Of a stretch of 42,610 nucleotides of DNA, positions 8,743 to 18,490 are shown piece by piece. Origin of the DNA: a virus (lineage: Duplodnaviria; Caudoviricetes); IMG/VR virus record IMGVR_UViG_3300020042_004769, positions 1 through 42,610 of that record; one strand, 5' to 3'. Each line of letters starts with the position of its first letter. Within the stretch, counting starts at the first letter, position 1. Position numbers and translations under genes: made by a program. The notes under the pieces are model-generated. The model worked only from the letters and a program-made list of their open reading frames with translations. It did not search any database and was not told where the DNA came from.

Positions 8743-11700
8743 ATGGCATTGCTTGAAGACGACGAAGAAACTAGTTCCATTGAAGGTGGCTCGCAAGACC
8801 AAGACAGTGGCGCTCAGACATCTGGCTTTTCCTCGTCAAGAGGCGCAGCCAATCCTTATACCGGGCAGCTTCAAACCCTGCTCACTAAATACCTTCAAAA
8901 CAGCGAAAAAACAGCAACCGATAAGCAGGCCCTGCTGGATAAGGCGCGTGAGCGGATCATGGCTAGGTCAGCTGGCCCGGATCAAGCAGAGATGGCGTTT
9001 CGTCTTGCTGCTGCATTAGGCAAGCCTACTCGCACTGGTAGCTTTGGCGAGACACTTGGCAACGTTGCCGAGACAACTGGCGAGGCTCTTTCGCAACGTC
9101 GTAAGGGCATGCAAGAACTAGAAGACCTAAACCTTAAATACCAGCTGGCGGCAGCTGATACCAAAGGCGAAGGACAGAAGGCCCAGATTGGTGCCCTTTC
9201 TGCTTTGTCTCGCTCAGCTCCTAGAGACCGCCTGACAGAGATTGAGAAGCTGCAAGAAGTCGTTGATGACCCTAAAGCATCAGACCCTGCTAAGAAGAAC
9301 GCGCAAGCTCGCATCACCTTCTTGACTACCCGCAGTGGTGGTACTTCTGAGATTGATCGCCTGGTTGCTGCTATTGATGATCCTAAGACATCGCCAACGG
9401 CCAAGCGTTCATACGAAGCTCGTCTTAAAAAGTTGACCTACATTCCGGCAGAGTCCAAATCCGATAAAGACGCAGGCAAGCCTCAATCTCCTGCGGGCAA
9501 GCTTGCGGCAGATGAAGGCCTGACTCCAGGAACAACTGAATTTACCGCCCGCGTAAAAGCCCTAGCTGGCGAAGGTAAGGGTATGACCCTGAGTGCCCAA
9601 GAGCAAAAAGAATTGTTTGAGGCTGAGGACGTTGTCAATGCCAGCAAGACGGTTATCTTAAACCTGAGCAAGGCCCTAGAGATTAATCCGAAGGCCTATT
9701 CTGGTTTTGCGGCTGGAGCCCGCCGGTCTATCGCACGCAACATCCCTGGAGTCGGCGACTCAGAAGGCGTGACCGCAACCACTGACCTTGAATCCCTGGT
9801 CGGTCAAAACTCTCTTGACCAAATGAAGGTCATCTTTGGTGGAAACCCAACGGAAGGTGAACGCAAGATCTTACTTGATCTTGCTGGATCAATAAGCCTT
9901 GGTGAAAATGAACGAGCCGCAATATGGAAAAGGGCGGTAACCGCAGCGGCCCGGCGTCTTAAGCTTAACCAGGAAAAGATGGAAAACATCCGCAAGGGCG
10001 CTTACGGAAAGATCACACCTGAAGCCAACGCGGATGGTGGTCCTGTTGGAAGCTATGCCAAAGGCGGCATAGTCCACATGGAAGAAGGCGGCGAGATGTC
10101 CATGGCGAACATGGGTCGAGCTGTTGGTCAGGGCCTAGGCCTTGGCTTTGGCGACGAGGCAATTGCCCGTGTTCGCGCCCAGATGGAAAATCGCCCTTAC
10201 GAGGACGTGGTCAAGGAAGAGCGCGAGGCATACCAGAAGTTTCAAGAAAAGCACCCGTTTGTTGCCCTTGGCACTGAGCTAGCTTCTGGCTTAGTTCCAA
10301 CCATCGGCATGGCTATGATCCCAGGAGCAGGAACGCCTGGCGCCGTCATGGGAGCAAGTCGTATGGGGATGGCGGCAAAGTCATTGGCCCAATACATGCC
10401 TAAGTTCATGACTGGCACAATGGGCAAGGCTGCAGCTACCGGAGCCGCTACCGGAGCTGTTGCAGGAGCAGGTTCCGAGACCGAAGGAAATCGCATGAGC
10501 GGAGCGGTCTCCGGCGGCACAACAGGCGCGGTCCTTGGCCCAACTGTTGCTAAGACTATCCAGCTGGGTGGTCGAGGCGCTAAGGCTATTAAGGACGCGA
10601 TACGACCATCTCCTGGGGCTGTAGATCAGCGTGCAACCAATAAGGTGTTGGAAGCTATGGGCAGGGACGAAATGGACCCTGCGGCTCTTCGGGCCAAGAT
10701 GCTGGCTGATCAGAAGCTTGGCGTTCAGTCTACCATCATGGATGCAACTCCGTCCCTGTCTACCCTTGGCGAGGCCGTAGTGACTCGTGCCGGTTCAGGA
10801 CGCAAGATCCTTGGCAAAGGCCTGAATGAGCGCCTGGAGGGCGGACGTGAGGCTGCAGCTTCTCGTGCCCTTAAAGACATTGGCAAGGGAGTTGAGTACA
10901 CCGCCCAAGAAGACAAGCTGGTCGGAACGCTACGCGCCAATGCTAATAACCTTTACGATACGGCCTACGCCCACGGCTCGGTTGATGATACCCGCATCCT
11001 GAAGGTCTTGGAGGATGACACCTTTAAGAAGGCGTTTAAGGAAGCTCAAGCCATCTCCAGCAAAGAAGCACGTGCAGCAGAACTTCGCGGGGAAGATTCA
11101 ACTCGCTTCAAGCTAAACGACATCTACAGCCAAGACAAAGACGGCAACCTGATTAGCGTCGGCAAGATCCCTGACGTCCGCACCCTTGACTACATCAAGC
11201 GCGGCATCGATGCTCTCATTGACAAAGGTTACAGAGGCGAAGGTATGGGCAAGGCAGAAGCCAATGCTCTCAAGGATCTTAAGAAGGCCTACGTTAAAGT
11301 CATTGACGATAACGTCCCAGAGTATGCCGCGGCGCGCGCAAAGTATGCCGGCGATATAGAGGTATTGGATGCGCTCCGCATGGGCCGTACTGACTACCTT
11401 AGTCCCAAGATGTTACCTGCCGAAGCCAAGAAGCTGGTCGATGCCATGTCAGACGGCGAGCGTGATGCTCTGCGCGCTGGCGTGGCCCAGTCGCTCCTGA
11501 CCAAGGTTATGGATGCTCCCCAGCAAATCAATGCGGCCCAAAGGATTATTGGGGCACCTGCAACTCGCAAGCGTCTGGAAGCCTTGTTCCAAGATCCTAA
11601 CGAATACAAGGTATTTGAGGCAGCCCTTCAACGCGAGTCAGAGTTGTTCCGTAACGCCCAGGACATTGTCCGCGGAAGCCGGACGGCTAACAAACAAGAA

Positions 11701-12102
11701 GCCTTGAAAGACTTAAGGGCCGGCAACGGCATCTTTGACATTGCTGGCGAAGCGGTAGACATTGCAGCTGGTTCCCCTGGCTCCGTTGTCGGACGTGTCT
11801 TAAAATACTTGCAGGCACGTACGTCTCTTGATGAGAAGACCGCCACAGACGTGGCCCAGATGCTGAAGTCAGGAACCCAACAAGAGGTCGATGACGTGCT
11901 AAGCCGACTAGAATCTAGCAGTGCCAAGTTTGTAAAAGACCAGGCAACATCTGCTCGTCGCCTTAAGACAACTTCTGGTGCCGTGGGTGCTGCTGCCCCA
12001 ACAACTCGACGAGCCCCTCCCGAGCAGGAACAGGCTCCTGAGGGCGAAGATGACGACGCAAAGCTCCAAAGACTTTTGGAAAAATATAGCACAGAGGAAT
12101 AA
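8743..12102 (+). CDS. Large putative ejection protein (two-part)
   Basis: 1119 aa; helical N-half, xxGG linker at ~10027-10098, then GQGLGLGFGDE and Gly/Ala-rich hydrophobic segments. RBS AAGGA upstream. Confidence 0.7.
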   Translation: MALLEDDEETSSIEGGSQDQDSGAQTSGFSSSRGAANPYTGQLQTLLTKYLQNSEKTATDKQALLDKARERIMARSAGPDQAEMAFRLAAALGKPTRTGSFGETLGNVAETTGEALSQRRKGMQELEDLNLKYQLAAADTKGEGQKAQIGALSALSRSAPRDRLTEIEKLQEVVDDPKASDPAKKNAQARITFLTTRSGGTSEIDRLVAAIDDPKTSPTAKRSYEARLKKLTYIPAESKSDKDAGKPQSPAGKLAADEGLTPGTTEFTARVKALAGEGKGMTLSAQEQKELFEAEDVVNASKTVILNLSKALEINPKAYSGFAAGARRSIARNIPGVGDSEGVTATTDLESLVGQNSLDQMKVIFGGNPTEGERKILLDLAGSISLGENERAAIWKRAVTAAARRLKLNQEKMENIRKGAYGKITPEANADGGPVGSYAKGGIVHMEEGGEMSMANMGRAVGQGLGLGFGDEAIARVRAQMENRPYEDVVKEEREAYQKFQEKHPFVALGTELASGLVPTIGMAMIPGAGTPGAVMGASRMGMAAKSLAQYMPKFMTGTMGKAAATGAATGAVAGAGSETEGNRMSGAVSGGTTGAVLGPTVAKTIQLGGRGAKAIKDAIRPSPGAVDQRATNKVLEAMGRDEMDPAALRAKMLADQKLGVQSTIMDATPSLSTLGEAVVTRAGSGRKILGKGLNERLEGGREAAASRALKDIGKGVEYTAQEDKLVGTLRANANNLYDTAYAHGSVDDTRILKVLEDDTFKKAFKEAQAISSKEARAAELRGEDSTRFKLNDIYSQDKDGNLISVGKIPDVRTLDYIKRGIDALIDKGYRGEGMGKAEANALKDLKKAYVKVIDDNVPEYAAARAKYAGDIEVLDALRMGRTDYLSPKMLPAEAKKLVDAMSDGERDALRAGVAQSLLTKVMDAPQQINAAQRIIGAPATRKRLEALFQDPNEYKVFEAALQRESELFRNAQDIVRGSRTANKQEALKDLRAGNGIFDIAGEAVDIAAGSPGSVVGRVLKYLQARTSLDEKTATDVAQMLKSGTQQEVDDVLSRLESSSAKFVKDQATSARRLKTTSGAVGAAAPTTRRAPPEQEQAPEGEDDDAKLQRLLEKYSTEE

Positions 12103-12105
12103 ATT

Positions 12106-15100
12106 ATGGCCTACAACGAGCTCAGCCTTACAGGATCAGACGAGGATCTTGGGGACCTAGAGGCAAAGTACGTAAGACCGGATTACTCCTCACAGATCCC
12201 AGGTCAGGTTTCTACTTCCAAGTCTGAGGCACCTAAAAGCCTGCGTGAGAGGGCTGTTTCTGCTCTAATGCAGTACAACCCGTTGATGATGATGAAATCA
12301 TTAAGAGAAGCTTCTGGGGCCATTGCCCTTGGTAGCGTTCTTCCTGTTGTGGCCCCTTATAGCGCGGGCATTCAGGCTTTAAACGCAGCCCCTGGAAATG
12401 CTTATCGCCGCAGCCTTGGCGAACAAGAGGTTGAGACTCCGTCAACTAACGACCTAATGCAAAAATACGGAGAGGCAATTTATCCAAAAACTCAGCTTGG
12501 CCAAAATATGGTTGAGGGAGTGGGCAAACTCATGCGAGATCTAAAAGTGCCTGACGCATGGCCTATGGTTCCTAATGCTCCTAGACGAGCAATGTTGACA
12601 CCTACAGACGTGCGCGTAGGAGCTGGTCAAGTCAAGCAACTGGCCAAGGAACTTCGCGAGACTCCTGCTGACTTCCAAGCTGCGCAATCTGGCCTAAAGC
12701 GCCAGAACTTGTATGGTGAAGACACCATTGGCGTCAAAGCCCAGGCTGCCGCAGATGCTCTTGGCGATACCCTTGAGCGCCGCAAATCAACGGGTCAGTC
12801 TTTGGTGCCTGGTTTGCCAGAGGCCTTGACTCCTGAGACCAAGCTCTACGCCGTCCGTCCAAAGGGTTCTCGCATTGTTCAGGCTCAGGTGCCGGCTACG
12901 GCCAAGGGCTTTGGTCCGGACAATAACGCAATCAGCAGCATCGTTGAAGACACCTATGGAAATGTTCCAGCGGCTGAGATGCCTCCTTCAATGGTCATGC
13001 AGGAATACAGCCGCAGGTTTCTTCGTAATGACACGCCTTTGCGAGAGGCAGTCATTGAGGCAGAGCGTCAAAAAGCTCGCGAGATGTTTCCAGATGCTCC
13101 CAGCCCTGGCGATGCTCAACGAGCTTTTGACGTTTTGCACACGGATCAGCCTAAACGAAATGAGATGCAATTAGGCCTGATTGAGGATCTCTTAAACAGC
13201 CCTGAGGGGGCGGCCTTTCGCGAACAAGGGGTTCCTAGCCCTAAAGAGTTCATGGCCCGTATGTCAGAGGCCGAGCGCGTGCTTAAAGGACCTTTTTCAA
13301 ACTATATCAGCAAGAATGTGGGTGCTGAAGGAGATCCTACAGTTAAGCTTGCTCGCCAGGGTATTACCTACGAGACCCCTGAGCGCATTAAAGAACTTGC
13401 ACAATTTGCAAATCCTAGCGAGATGGCGGGTCGACGCACGGCTTCTGGCTTCCCTGCCATGGGTAGCTTTTATGAAGAGCATTTGGCCAAGACGGGAGAG
13501 CTTGATCGCCTAAATGAAGAGATCAAGGTCCTTGAAGATGCCCGCGAGCCCTTGTTTAATCGGGCGCATGAAGAAGGCATTGATCCGGCTACAATTCCTG
13601 AATATGCAGAGGCGACAAACCCCTTGCGCCAAAAGCTACGTCAGCGCGAACAAGTGCTAGGTGAGCTTGAAAACATCAAGCTTGGCACGGCAGTTGAGAA
13701 TATAGGAGATTCTACCGTTGCCCCAAAGACTAAACAGGAGATGTTAAAACAAATCCCCTACGCGCAACGTCAATTCTTTCCAAGTGTGACTAAGGCCGCC
13801 GAGGATGAAAAACTATTTCTTATCGATAGAGAGAGCTTGCTTGGCGACATGGGCTATAAAAAGCTTGGGGCTGAGTTACTTGAGGACATTCTTACTGGCA
13901 AGGCTGGTGACACCTCTAAGCTGACCATTGAGAACTACATGCGGGACAAGGGCTTGTCTCGGATAGAAGCCGAAAAAGCCGCCAAGGTCCAAGCACAAGC
14001 ATATCGTCAAACCCTTCAAACTACTTTGCTTGATCGCTTGCGTAGCGACCAGAATGTGAAAACTTTTGGTAATGCCTCAATTATCACGCTTGACAAGAAC
14101 ACGCCAAAAGACGTGGCCATACGTGACATGAGTGCTGACACAACTGTATTAGACCACTGCGTTGGCCAATGCGGAACTGCGCCCCAAGGACGTAAGAACA
14201 TCTTGACTGGCCAGCAGCAATACTACGAGCCCCTTGTTGACCCTATCACCGGGGAACGTTCAGGCCGTGGTACAGGCGACACTACTTATGTGAGAGACTT
14301 GGAGCGGGGCCATGAGTTGATCAGCGTTCGCGACTCTAATACTGGCTTGCCAGCAGCCACAATCCAATTGATCCCTACCAGCGGAAGTAGCGAATTAAGA
14401 GACGGCACATTTGACATCGGCTATGCCTCAGGGGCCAAGAACGGAGCCGTTGATCCAGCCTATACAAATGCAATTCGCGACTACTTGAATCAGAGATCCG
14501 GCTCAATTAGAAATGCCGGGACCAACTTGTCTGACAACACGGGGGTGTTTGACGCAACTAACCCCAATGACTGGAGGCGAGTAACAAAAGAAGCTGGTCT
14601 TACAAAGGATCAAGCAAAAGCCTTTGATTTTGAAGAGGGGGAAGGCCTTCCACGGTTTGTGACTGTTGATGATGTCAAGGCTGCCACTAAAGATGTCAGA
14701 GAAGCACATCGTGCCCTTGCTGCGCAAGATCAAGGCCCGGTTGCAACGCTTACCGCCACGGATCATGCCAGGATGCAGGATGACTTTAACTCTGCGTGGG
14801 ATAACGCAGTTCAGGGGGCGCGTGAAAATTCAAACTTAGACAATCCAAATCGAGTTGAAGGAGCCATAAACCGGGCTGTCCTTACCATCTTCCAGCAGCA
14901 TCTGGAGGATCCGGTCGCCTTTACTCAAGAGGGCGTTACCCGACTTCGCCGGGCCGAACGGGATATGCAGAACGTGATTGAAAGCTCGTATGCCCAAAAT
15001 CGCGAAGTAGACACAGAGCTTGCCAGTGCGCTTTCTGATCTTTTGATTGATGTTCGCGGTATCCGTTCAAGCATTGAGCGTAGGTTGTCGGTTGCTGAAA

Positions 15101-16287
15101 ATAACGCTGTACCTCAACGCGTTCCCCAGGGCAATCAAATGCCCGAGATGGACACAATGGAATTATTAAGAGCCCATGGCGACCGTATGACAGAGCGCCA
15201 GCGAGGTTGGTTGCGTGAGTTTTCTCGTCGTTGGGAAGAAACTCCAGACACTCCAAGAGGAGAACGTATTTTAGATGATATGACGGCAGAATACGCAACT
15301 TGGCGTGAAAATAACCGCCTGCTGCCTGAAGAAAATTTGCCAGTAGGTGATTGGGAACCTGATCCAGGAGCGGTTGCTAATGAGCCAGATGTTTTTACAC
15401 TAGCAAGAAGGTACGACATTCCACCGATCACTGTTCAAGAGATCCAAGCAAGATTTAGGCACCCTGATACAACGGTCGTTGGTTTGACAATGCTGCGAGA
15501 TGCTGCTCGCGCGGGCGATCCTTGGACGGTCTTTCAAAATCTGTCGCAAGCATCTCGTGATGGTGCTGCCAACATGGTCACGGACGAGATAATTAGGCGC
15601 GAGCAAGCCACACAGTTGCCCGCCCCTGTTGCCCCTGCTCAACAACCTTTGCAACTTGCCCAGCGGGAGGCTGTTCCTCGTGAAATTCAAGACATGTCTT
15701 TTCAGGACATGATGACGACCATGGAACCGCGTGGAATTCGTCAAGCTGAAGAATTGGCCCAGCTGTATTTTAGCGAAAACCTCATTGACGACAATAATAC
15801 GACCATCAGCGCTTTAACCAACATGGTTAGAAATTATCGGGTGGGACCGCACGCCAATGCTAACTTTGATGTGCGCGAATTGGCTGCTCGCATGCTTGAA
15901 GACTTAGACGTAACTGCGACGCGTGAGGCAGGCCAGATTGGCGAGGCCCTTCGCGATGCAATCTACAGCGATATGACCGCAGAAGAAGCTATGCGGCAAG
16001 CTGATAGAGACATCTCAACACTTGAACGCTACGGTGAAGAGGCTTGGGAAGACCTGATTGGTCCGATGGCAGAAGAAATTCCTTGGAACCGAAACGTTGA
16101 GGCCAGGCTAATTGAGAATCTTCGAATCATAGCCGATGACTTTAGGGAGATGCGAGACAATGGTCAAGCCAAAGGTGGTCTGGTTAAGAAGAAACGCAAG
16201 GCCAACAAGGCCAGAACGTCCTCTGTTGTCACCAGAAGGCACCCAGAGCTTGCCGAAATGCAATATCAGTATGGTGGCATGGTCTGA
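12106..16287 (+). CDS. Large putative ejection/polyvalent protein with PcfJ-like domain
   Basis: 1393 aa; VLDHCVG...Y...LISVRDSNTGLPAATIQL motif at ~14100-14400; last gene of the virion module. Confidence 0.65.
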   Translation: MAYNELSLTGSDEDLGDLEAKYVRPDYSSQIPGQVSTSKSEAPKSLRERAVSALMQYNPLMMMKSLREASGAIALGSVLPVVAPYSAGIQALNAAPGNAYRRSLGEQEVETPSTNDLMQKYGEAIYPKTQLGQNMVEGVGKLMRDLKVPDAWPMVPNAPRRAMLTPTDVRVGAGQVKQLAKELRETPADFQAAQSGLKRQNLYGEDTIGVKAQAAADALGDTLERRKSTGQSLVPGLPEALTPETKLYAVRPKGSRIVQAQVPATAKGFGPDNNAISSIVEDTYGNVPAAEMPPSMVMQEYSRRFLRNDTPLREAVIEAERQKAREMFPDAPSPGDAQRAFDVLHTDQPKRNEMQLGLIEDLLNSPEGAAFREQGVPSPKEFMARMSEAERVLKGPFSNYISKNVGAEGDPTVKLARQGITYETPERIKELAQFANPSEMAGRRTASGFPAMGSFYEEHLAKTGELDRLNEEIKVLEDAREPLFNRAHEEGIDPATIPEYAEATNPLRQKLRQREQVLGELENIKLGTAVENIGDSTVAPKTKQEMLKQIPYAQRQFFPSVTKAAEDEKLFLIDRESLLGDMGYKKLGAELLEDILTGKAGDTSKLTIENYMRDKGLSRIEAEKAAKVQAQAYRQTLQTTLLDRLRSDQNVKTFGNASIITLDKNTPKDVAIRDMSADTTVLDHCVGQCGTAPQGRKNILTGQQQYYEPLVDPITGERSGRGTGDTTYVRDLERGHELISVRDSNTGLPAATIQLIPTSGSSELRDGTFDIGYASGAKNGAVDPAYTNAIRDYLNQRSGSIRNAGTNLSDNTGVFDATNPNDWRRVTKEAGLTKDQAKAFDFEEGEGLPRFVTVDDVKAATKDVREAHRALAAQDQGPVATLTATDHARMQDDFNSAWDNAVQGARENSNLDNPNRVEGAINRAVLTIFQQHLEDPVAFTQEGVTRLRRAERDMQNVIESSYAQNREVDTELASALSDLLIDVRGIRSSIERRLSVAENNAVPQRVPQGNQMPEMDTMELLRAHGDRMTERQRGWLREFSRRWEETPDTPRGERILDDMTAEYATWRENNRLLPEENLPVGDWEPDPGAVANEPDVFTLARRYDIPPITVQEIQARFRHPDTTVVGLTMLRDAARAGDPWTVFQNLSQASRDGAANMVTDEIIRREQATQLPAPVAPAQQPLQLAQREAVPREIQDMSFQDMMTTMEPRGIRQAEELAQLYFSENLIDDNNTTISALTNMVRNYRVGPHANANFDVRELAARMLEDLDVTATREAGQIGEALRDAIYSDMTAEEAMRQADRDISTLERYGEEAWEDLIGPMAEEIPWNRNVEARLIENLRIIADDFREMRDNGQAKGGLVKKKRKANKARTSSVVTRRHPELAEMQYQYGGMV

Positions 16288-16304
16288 CGCTCCGTGGGGC
16301 CCTA

Positions 16305-16472
16305 TCAAAAACGCTATAGAGGATATTTTTAGACTATACAAAGAGGATCAATACTCTCTGTTTTGGTCTTGCGCGATCTAGAGAGAAGACGAACGAACGA
16401 GTCAATAATAATTAGTTAAATGAATTGATTCACTCTGTATTGGCTCTAAAAAGTACTCTATAGCTTTTTTGA
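16305..16472. repeat. ~170-bp inverted-repeat hairpin element, copy 1
   Basis: Arms tcaaaaacgctatagag... and ...ctctatagcttttttga; core acgaacgaacgagtcaataataattagtt shared with 34994-35163. Confidence 0.85.
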
Positions 16473-16541
16473 AACCATAGCTAGTAAAAGTCCCAGCTGA
16501 AAATAAATTAAAAAAACTGCGTAGCACGTGGTTTTACGCGC

Positions 16542-16604
16542 TAGAATCAATCCCATGCACAGCAATCTCGCTTGCATAAACAGAAAGAAGAAAGAGAGAA
16601 TATC
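16542..16604 (+). promoter_or_regulatory. Putative early promoter/leader (TAGAAT -10, hairpin, AGAAAGAAGAAAG)
   Basis: TAGAAT at 16542-16547, ATGCA..TGCAT hairpin, AGAAAGAAGAAAG at 16582-16594; same layout at 30176-30230. Confidence 0.6.
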
Positions 16605-17591
16605 ATGGCTCACGAAGTTGAAACGATGGCTTACGCTAATGAGACCCCTTGGCATGGCCTTGGCACCCCCGTCGCAGACAACCTGACCCCCGCCCAGATG
16701 CTTGACGTAGCTGGCCTTGACTGGAAAGTTCAGAAGAAGGCCTTGGTCGTCGACGAACTTGACCACGTGCTAAACAGCCACTACGCTTTGGTGCGCGACA
16801 CAGACAGCAAGATCCTTGGCATCTGCGGCAACGAATACCAGCCCACGCAAAACAGCGACGTCTTTGAGTTCTTTGACAAGTTTTGCAAAGCCGGCGATAT
16901 GAAGATGGAGACTGCCGGCTCTCTTTGCGGTGGCAAGCGCGTTTGGGGCCTTGCTAAGATTAACGGCGGCTTTATGCTGGGCGGCAAAGACGAAGTCGAA
17001 GGCTACATCTTGCTTGACAATCCACACATTTGGGGCCGTAGCTTGCAGATCTTGTTTACGCCAATCCGCGTAGTTTGCAATAATACGTTGACAGCGGCTC
17101 TTCAGAACAATACAAACAAAGACAACACTTTCCGCATGTCTCACGATCGCGCGTTTGACGACGAGATCAAGCAGACTGCTGCAGAAAAAGTTGGCCTTGC
17201 AATGAAGTCGCTTGACGTGTTCAAGCAGCAAGCAGAGTTCTTGTCCACGAAACGCGCCAAGGACCAGCAAGTCATGGAGTTCTTCTCCAAGCTCATCAAT
17301 CCGGACCAATATCAAGCAGCCTTGGTTGCTTCAGAAGATGATTCAGTCAGCCGTTCAGATCTTGGCCGTACAGTCAACCGTCTGATCGACATCGTGCAAA
17401 CCCAACCAGGCGCTGATCTGAAGACGTCAGCAGGTACTTGGTGGGGAGCATTCAACGCCGTGACGTACTACTACGACCACGTCGCTGGAACTGACCAAGA
17501 CAAGCGTCTGACAAGCGCGTGGTTTGGCTCAGCCGCAACTCGCAAGCGCCACGCACTTGACTTAGCCGTCGAGTTTGCCGAAGCAGCATAA
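16605..17591 (+). CDS. DUF932/DUF945 family phage/plasmid protein
   Basis: PWHGLG, AGLDWKV, YQPTQN, ETAGSLCGGKRVW, TPIRVVCNNTL, GTWWGAFNAVT motifs; ATG at 16605 after the purine-rich leader. Confidence 0.88.
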   Translation: MAHEVETMAYANETPWHGLGTPVADNLTPAQMLDVAGLDWKVQKKALVVDELDHVLNSHYALVRDTDSKILGICGNEYQPTQNSDVFEFFDKFCKAGDMKMETAGSLCGGKRVWGLAKINGGFMLGGKDEVEGYILLDNPHIWGRSLQILFTPIRVVCNNTLTAALQNNTNKDNTFRMSHDRAFDDEIKQTAAEKVGLAMKSLDVFKQQAEFLSTKRAKDQQVMEFFSKLINPDQYQAALVASEDDSVSRSDLGRTVNRLIDIVQTQPGADLKTSAGTWWGAFNAVTYYYDHVAGTDQDKRLTSAWFGSAATRKRHALDLAVEFAEAA

Positions 17592-17596
17592 AACCT

Positions 17597-17610
17597 GGGG
17601 CTTCGGCCCC
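17597..17610 (+). terminator. GC hairpin with C(UUCG)G tetraloop, no U-tract
   Basis: GGGGC-TTCG-GCCCC just after the DUF932 stop. Confidence 0.45.
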
Positions 17611-17635
17611 TACCTTCCCACTCTAGGAGAAAATT

Positions 17636-18490
17636 ATGGCAAACGCCAGAGGAAAGTCCATCGACAATACCCACCTGAGCATTGATCAGGCGGAAGAGCG
17701 CGGTTTCATTCATCGCGACTACATTGCCCACTGTCTACGTTGGACCCATGTGGCCAAGTGGATGGGCAACCCTAAGCATCGTAAGGATTGCAAGTTGCTT
17801 GACATTGGCTGCGGCAAGGACGTACCACTGGCAAAGATGCTTATGACCAGCCGCATGGCTTCAGATGGCCTTGACTACATCGGCATTGACTACAACAAGC
17901 TTGAGATGCCTAAGGCCTTTGAGAACACTAAGTTTAAGCCAACCTTGATTGGCAACGTGGCCTTCCCAGATTGCCAGCTGCCGCATGACAAGTTTGACGT
18001 GATCACAAGCTTTGAGGTCCTTGAACACGTTGAGCCGCTGCATGCCTACAAGATGCTCGAAGGTATCCGCGATCGCTTGGCCCCTGAAGGCGTAGCATTC
18101 TTGTCCACGCCAGTCTATGACGCAAAGGTTGGGGCAGCAGATAACCACGTCAACGAGATGACCTACGAAGTAATGCAGTTGATGCTCCACAAGGTAGGCT
18201 TGGAAGTTGACGCCCACTACGGCACTTTTGCCTCCATTAAAGACTACAAGGAAATGATTGAAAAAGATGACCTCGATGCAGTGTTCAGCCGCCTGCGTGA
18301 TTACTACGACAGCAACTACTTGGCAACTATCTTTGCTCCGCTCTATCCCCACCGATCACGCAATGTGCTTTGGCGAGTCAAACTGCCGAAAAGCCAAGAG
18401 CTGTTTACCCCTGGCAAGTTCTCAGACCTCACAAAGCCGCTCTCCAGCAGTGACGCTTGGCAGCCCCTCTTTGACTATCTTGGAGAATGA
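17636..18490 (+). CDS. Class I SAM-dependent methyltransferase (small-molecule/UbiG-like type)
   Basis: LLDIGCG motif I, YIGID motif II, FDVITSFEVLEHV, LAPEGVAFLSTP; RBS AGGAG. Confidence 0.88.
   Translation: MANARGKSIDNTHLSIDQAEERGFIHRDYIAHCLRWTHVAKWMGNPKHRKDCKLLDIGCGKDVPLAKMLMTSRMASDGLDYIGIDYNKLEMPKAFENTKFKPTLIGNVAFPDCQLPHDKFDVITSFEVLEHVEPLHAYKMLEGIRDRLAPEGVAFLSTPVYDAKVGAADNHVNEMTYEVMQLMLHKVGLEVDAHYGTFASIKDYKEMIEKDDLDAVFSRLRDYYDSNYLATIFAPLYPHRSRNVLWRVKLPKSQELFTPGKFSDLTKPLSSSDAWQPLFDYLGE

Noticed and set aside
16385-16410. Minus-strand TTGACT in the element core as a sigma70 -35 box
   Set aside because: No convincing -10 hexamer at 16-18 nt spacing in both copies.
16136-16766. ORFs 16136-16381(+) and 16458-16766(-)
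   Set aside because: They cross the non-coding hairpin and promoter region and overlap real genes; likely spurious.
17636-18490. DNA adenine or cytosine methyltransferase
   Set aside because: Lacks DPPY/NPPY and the ordered C5-MTase motifs.
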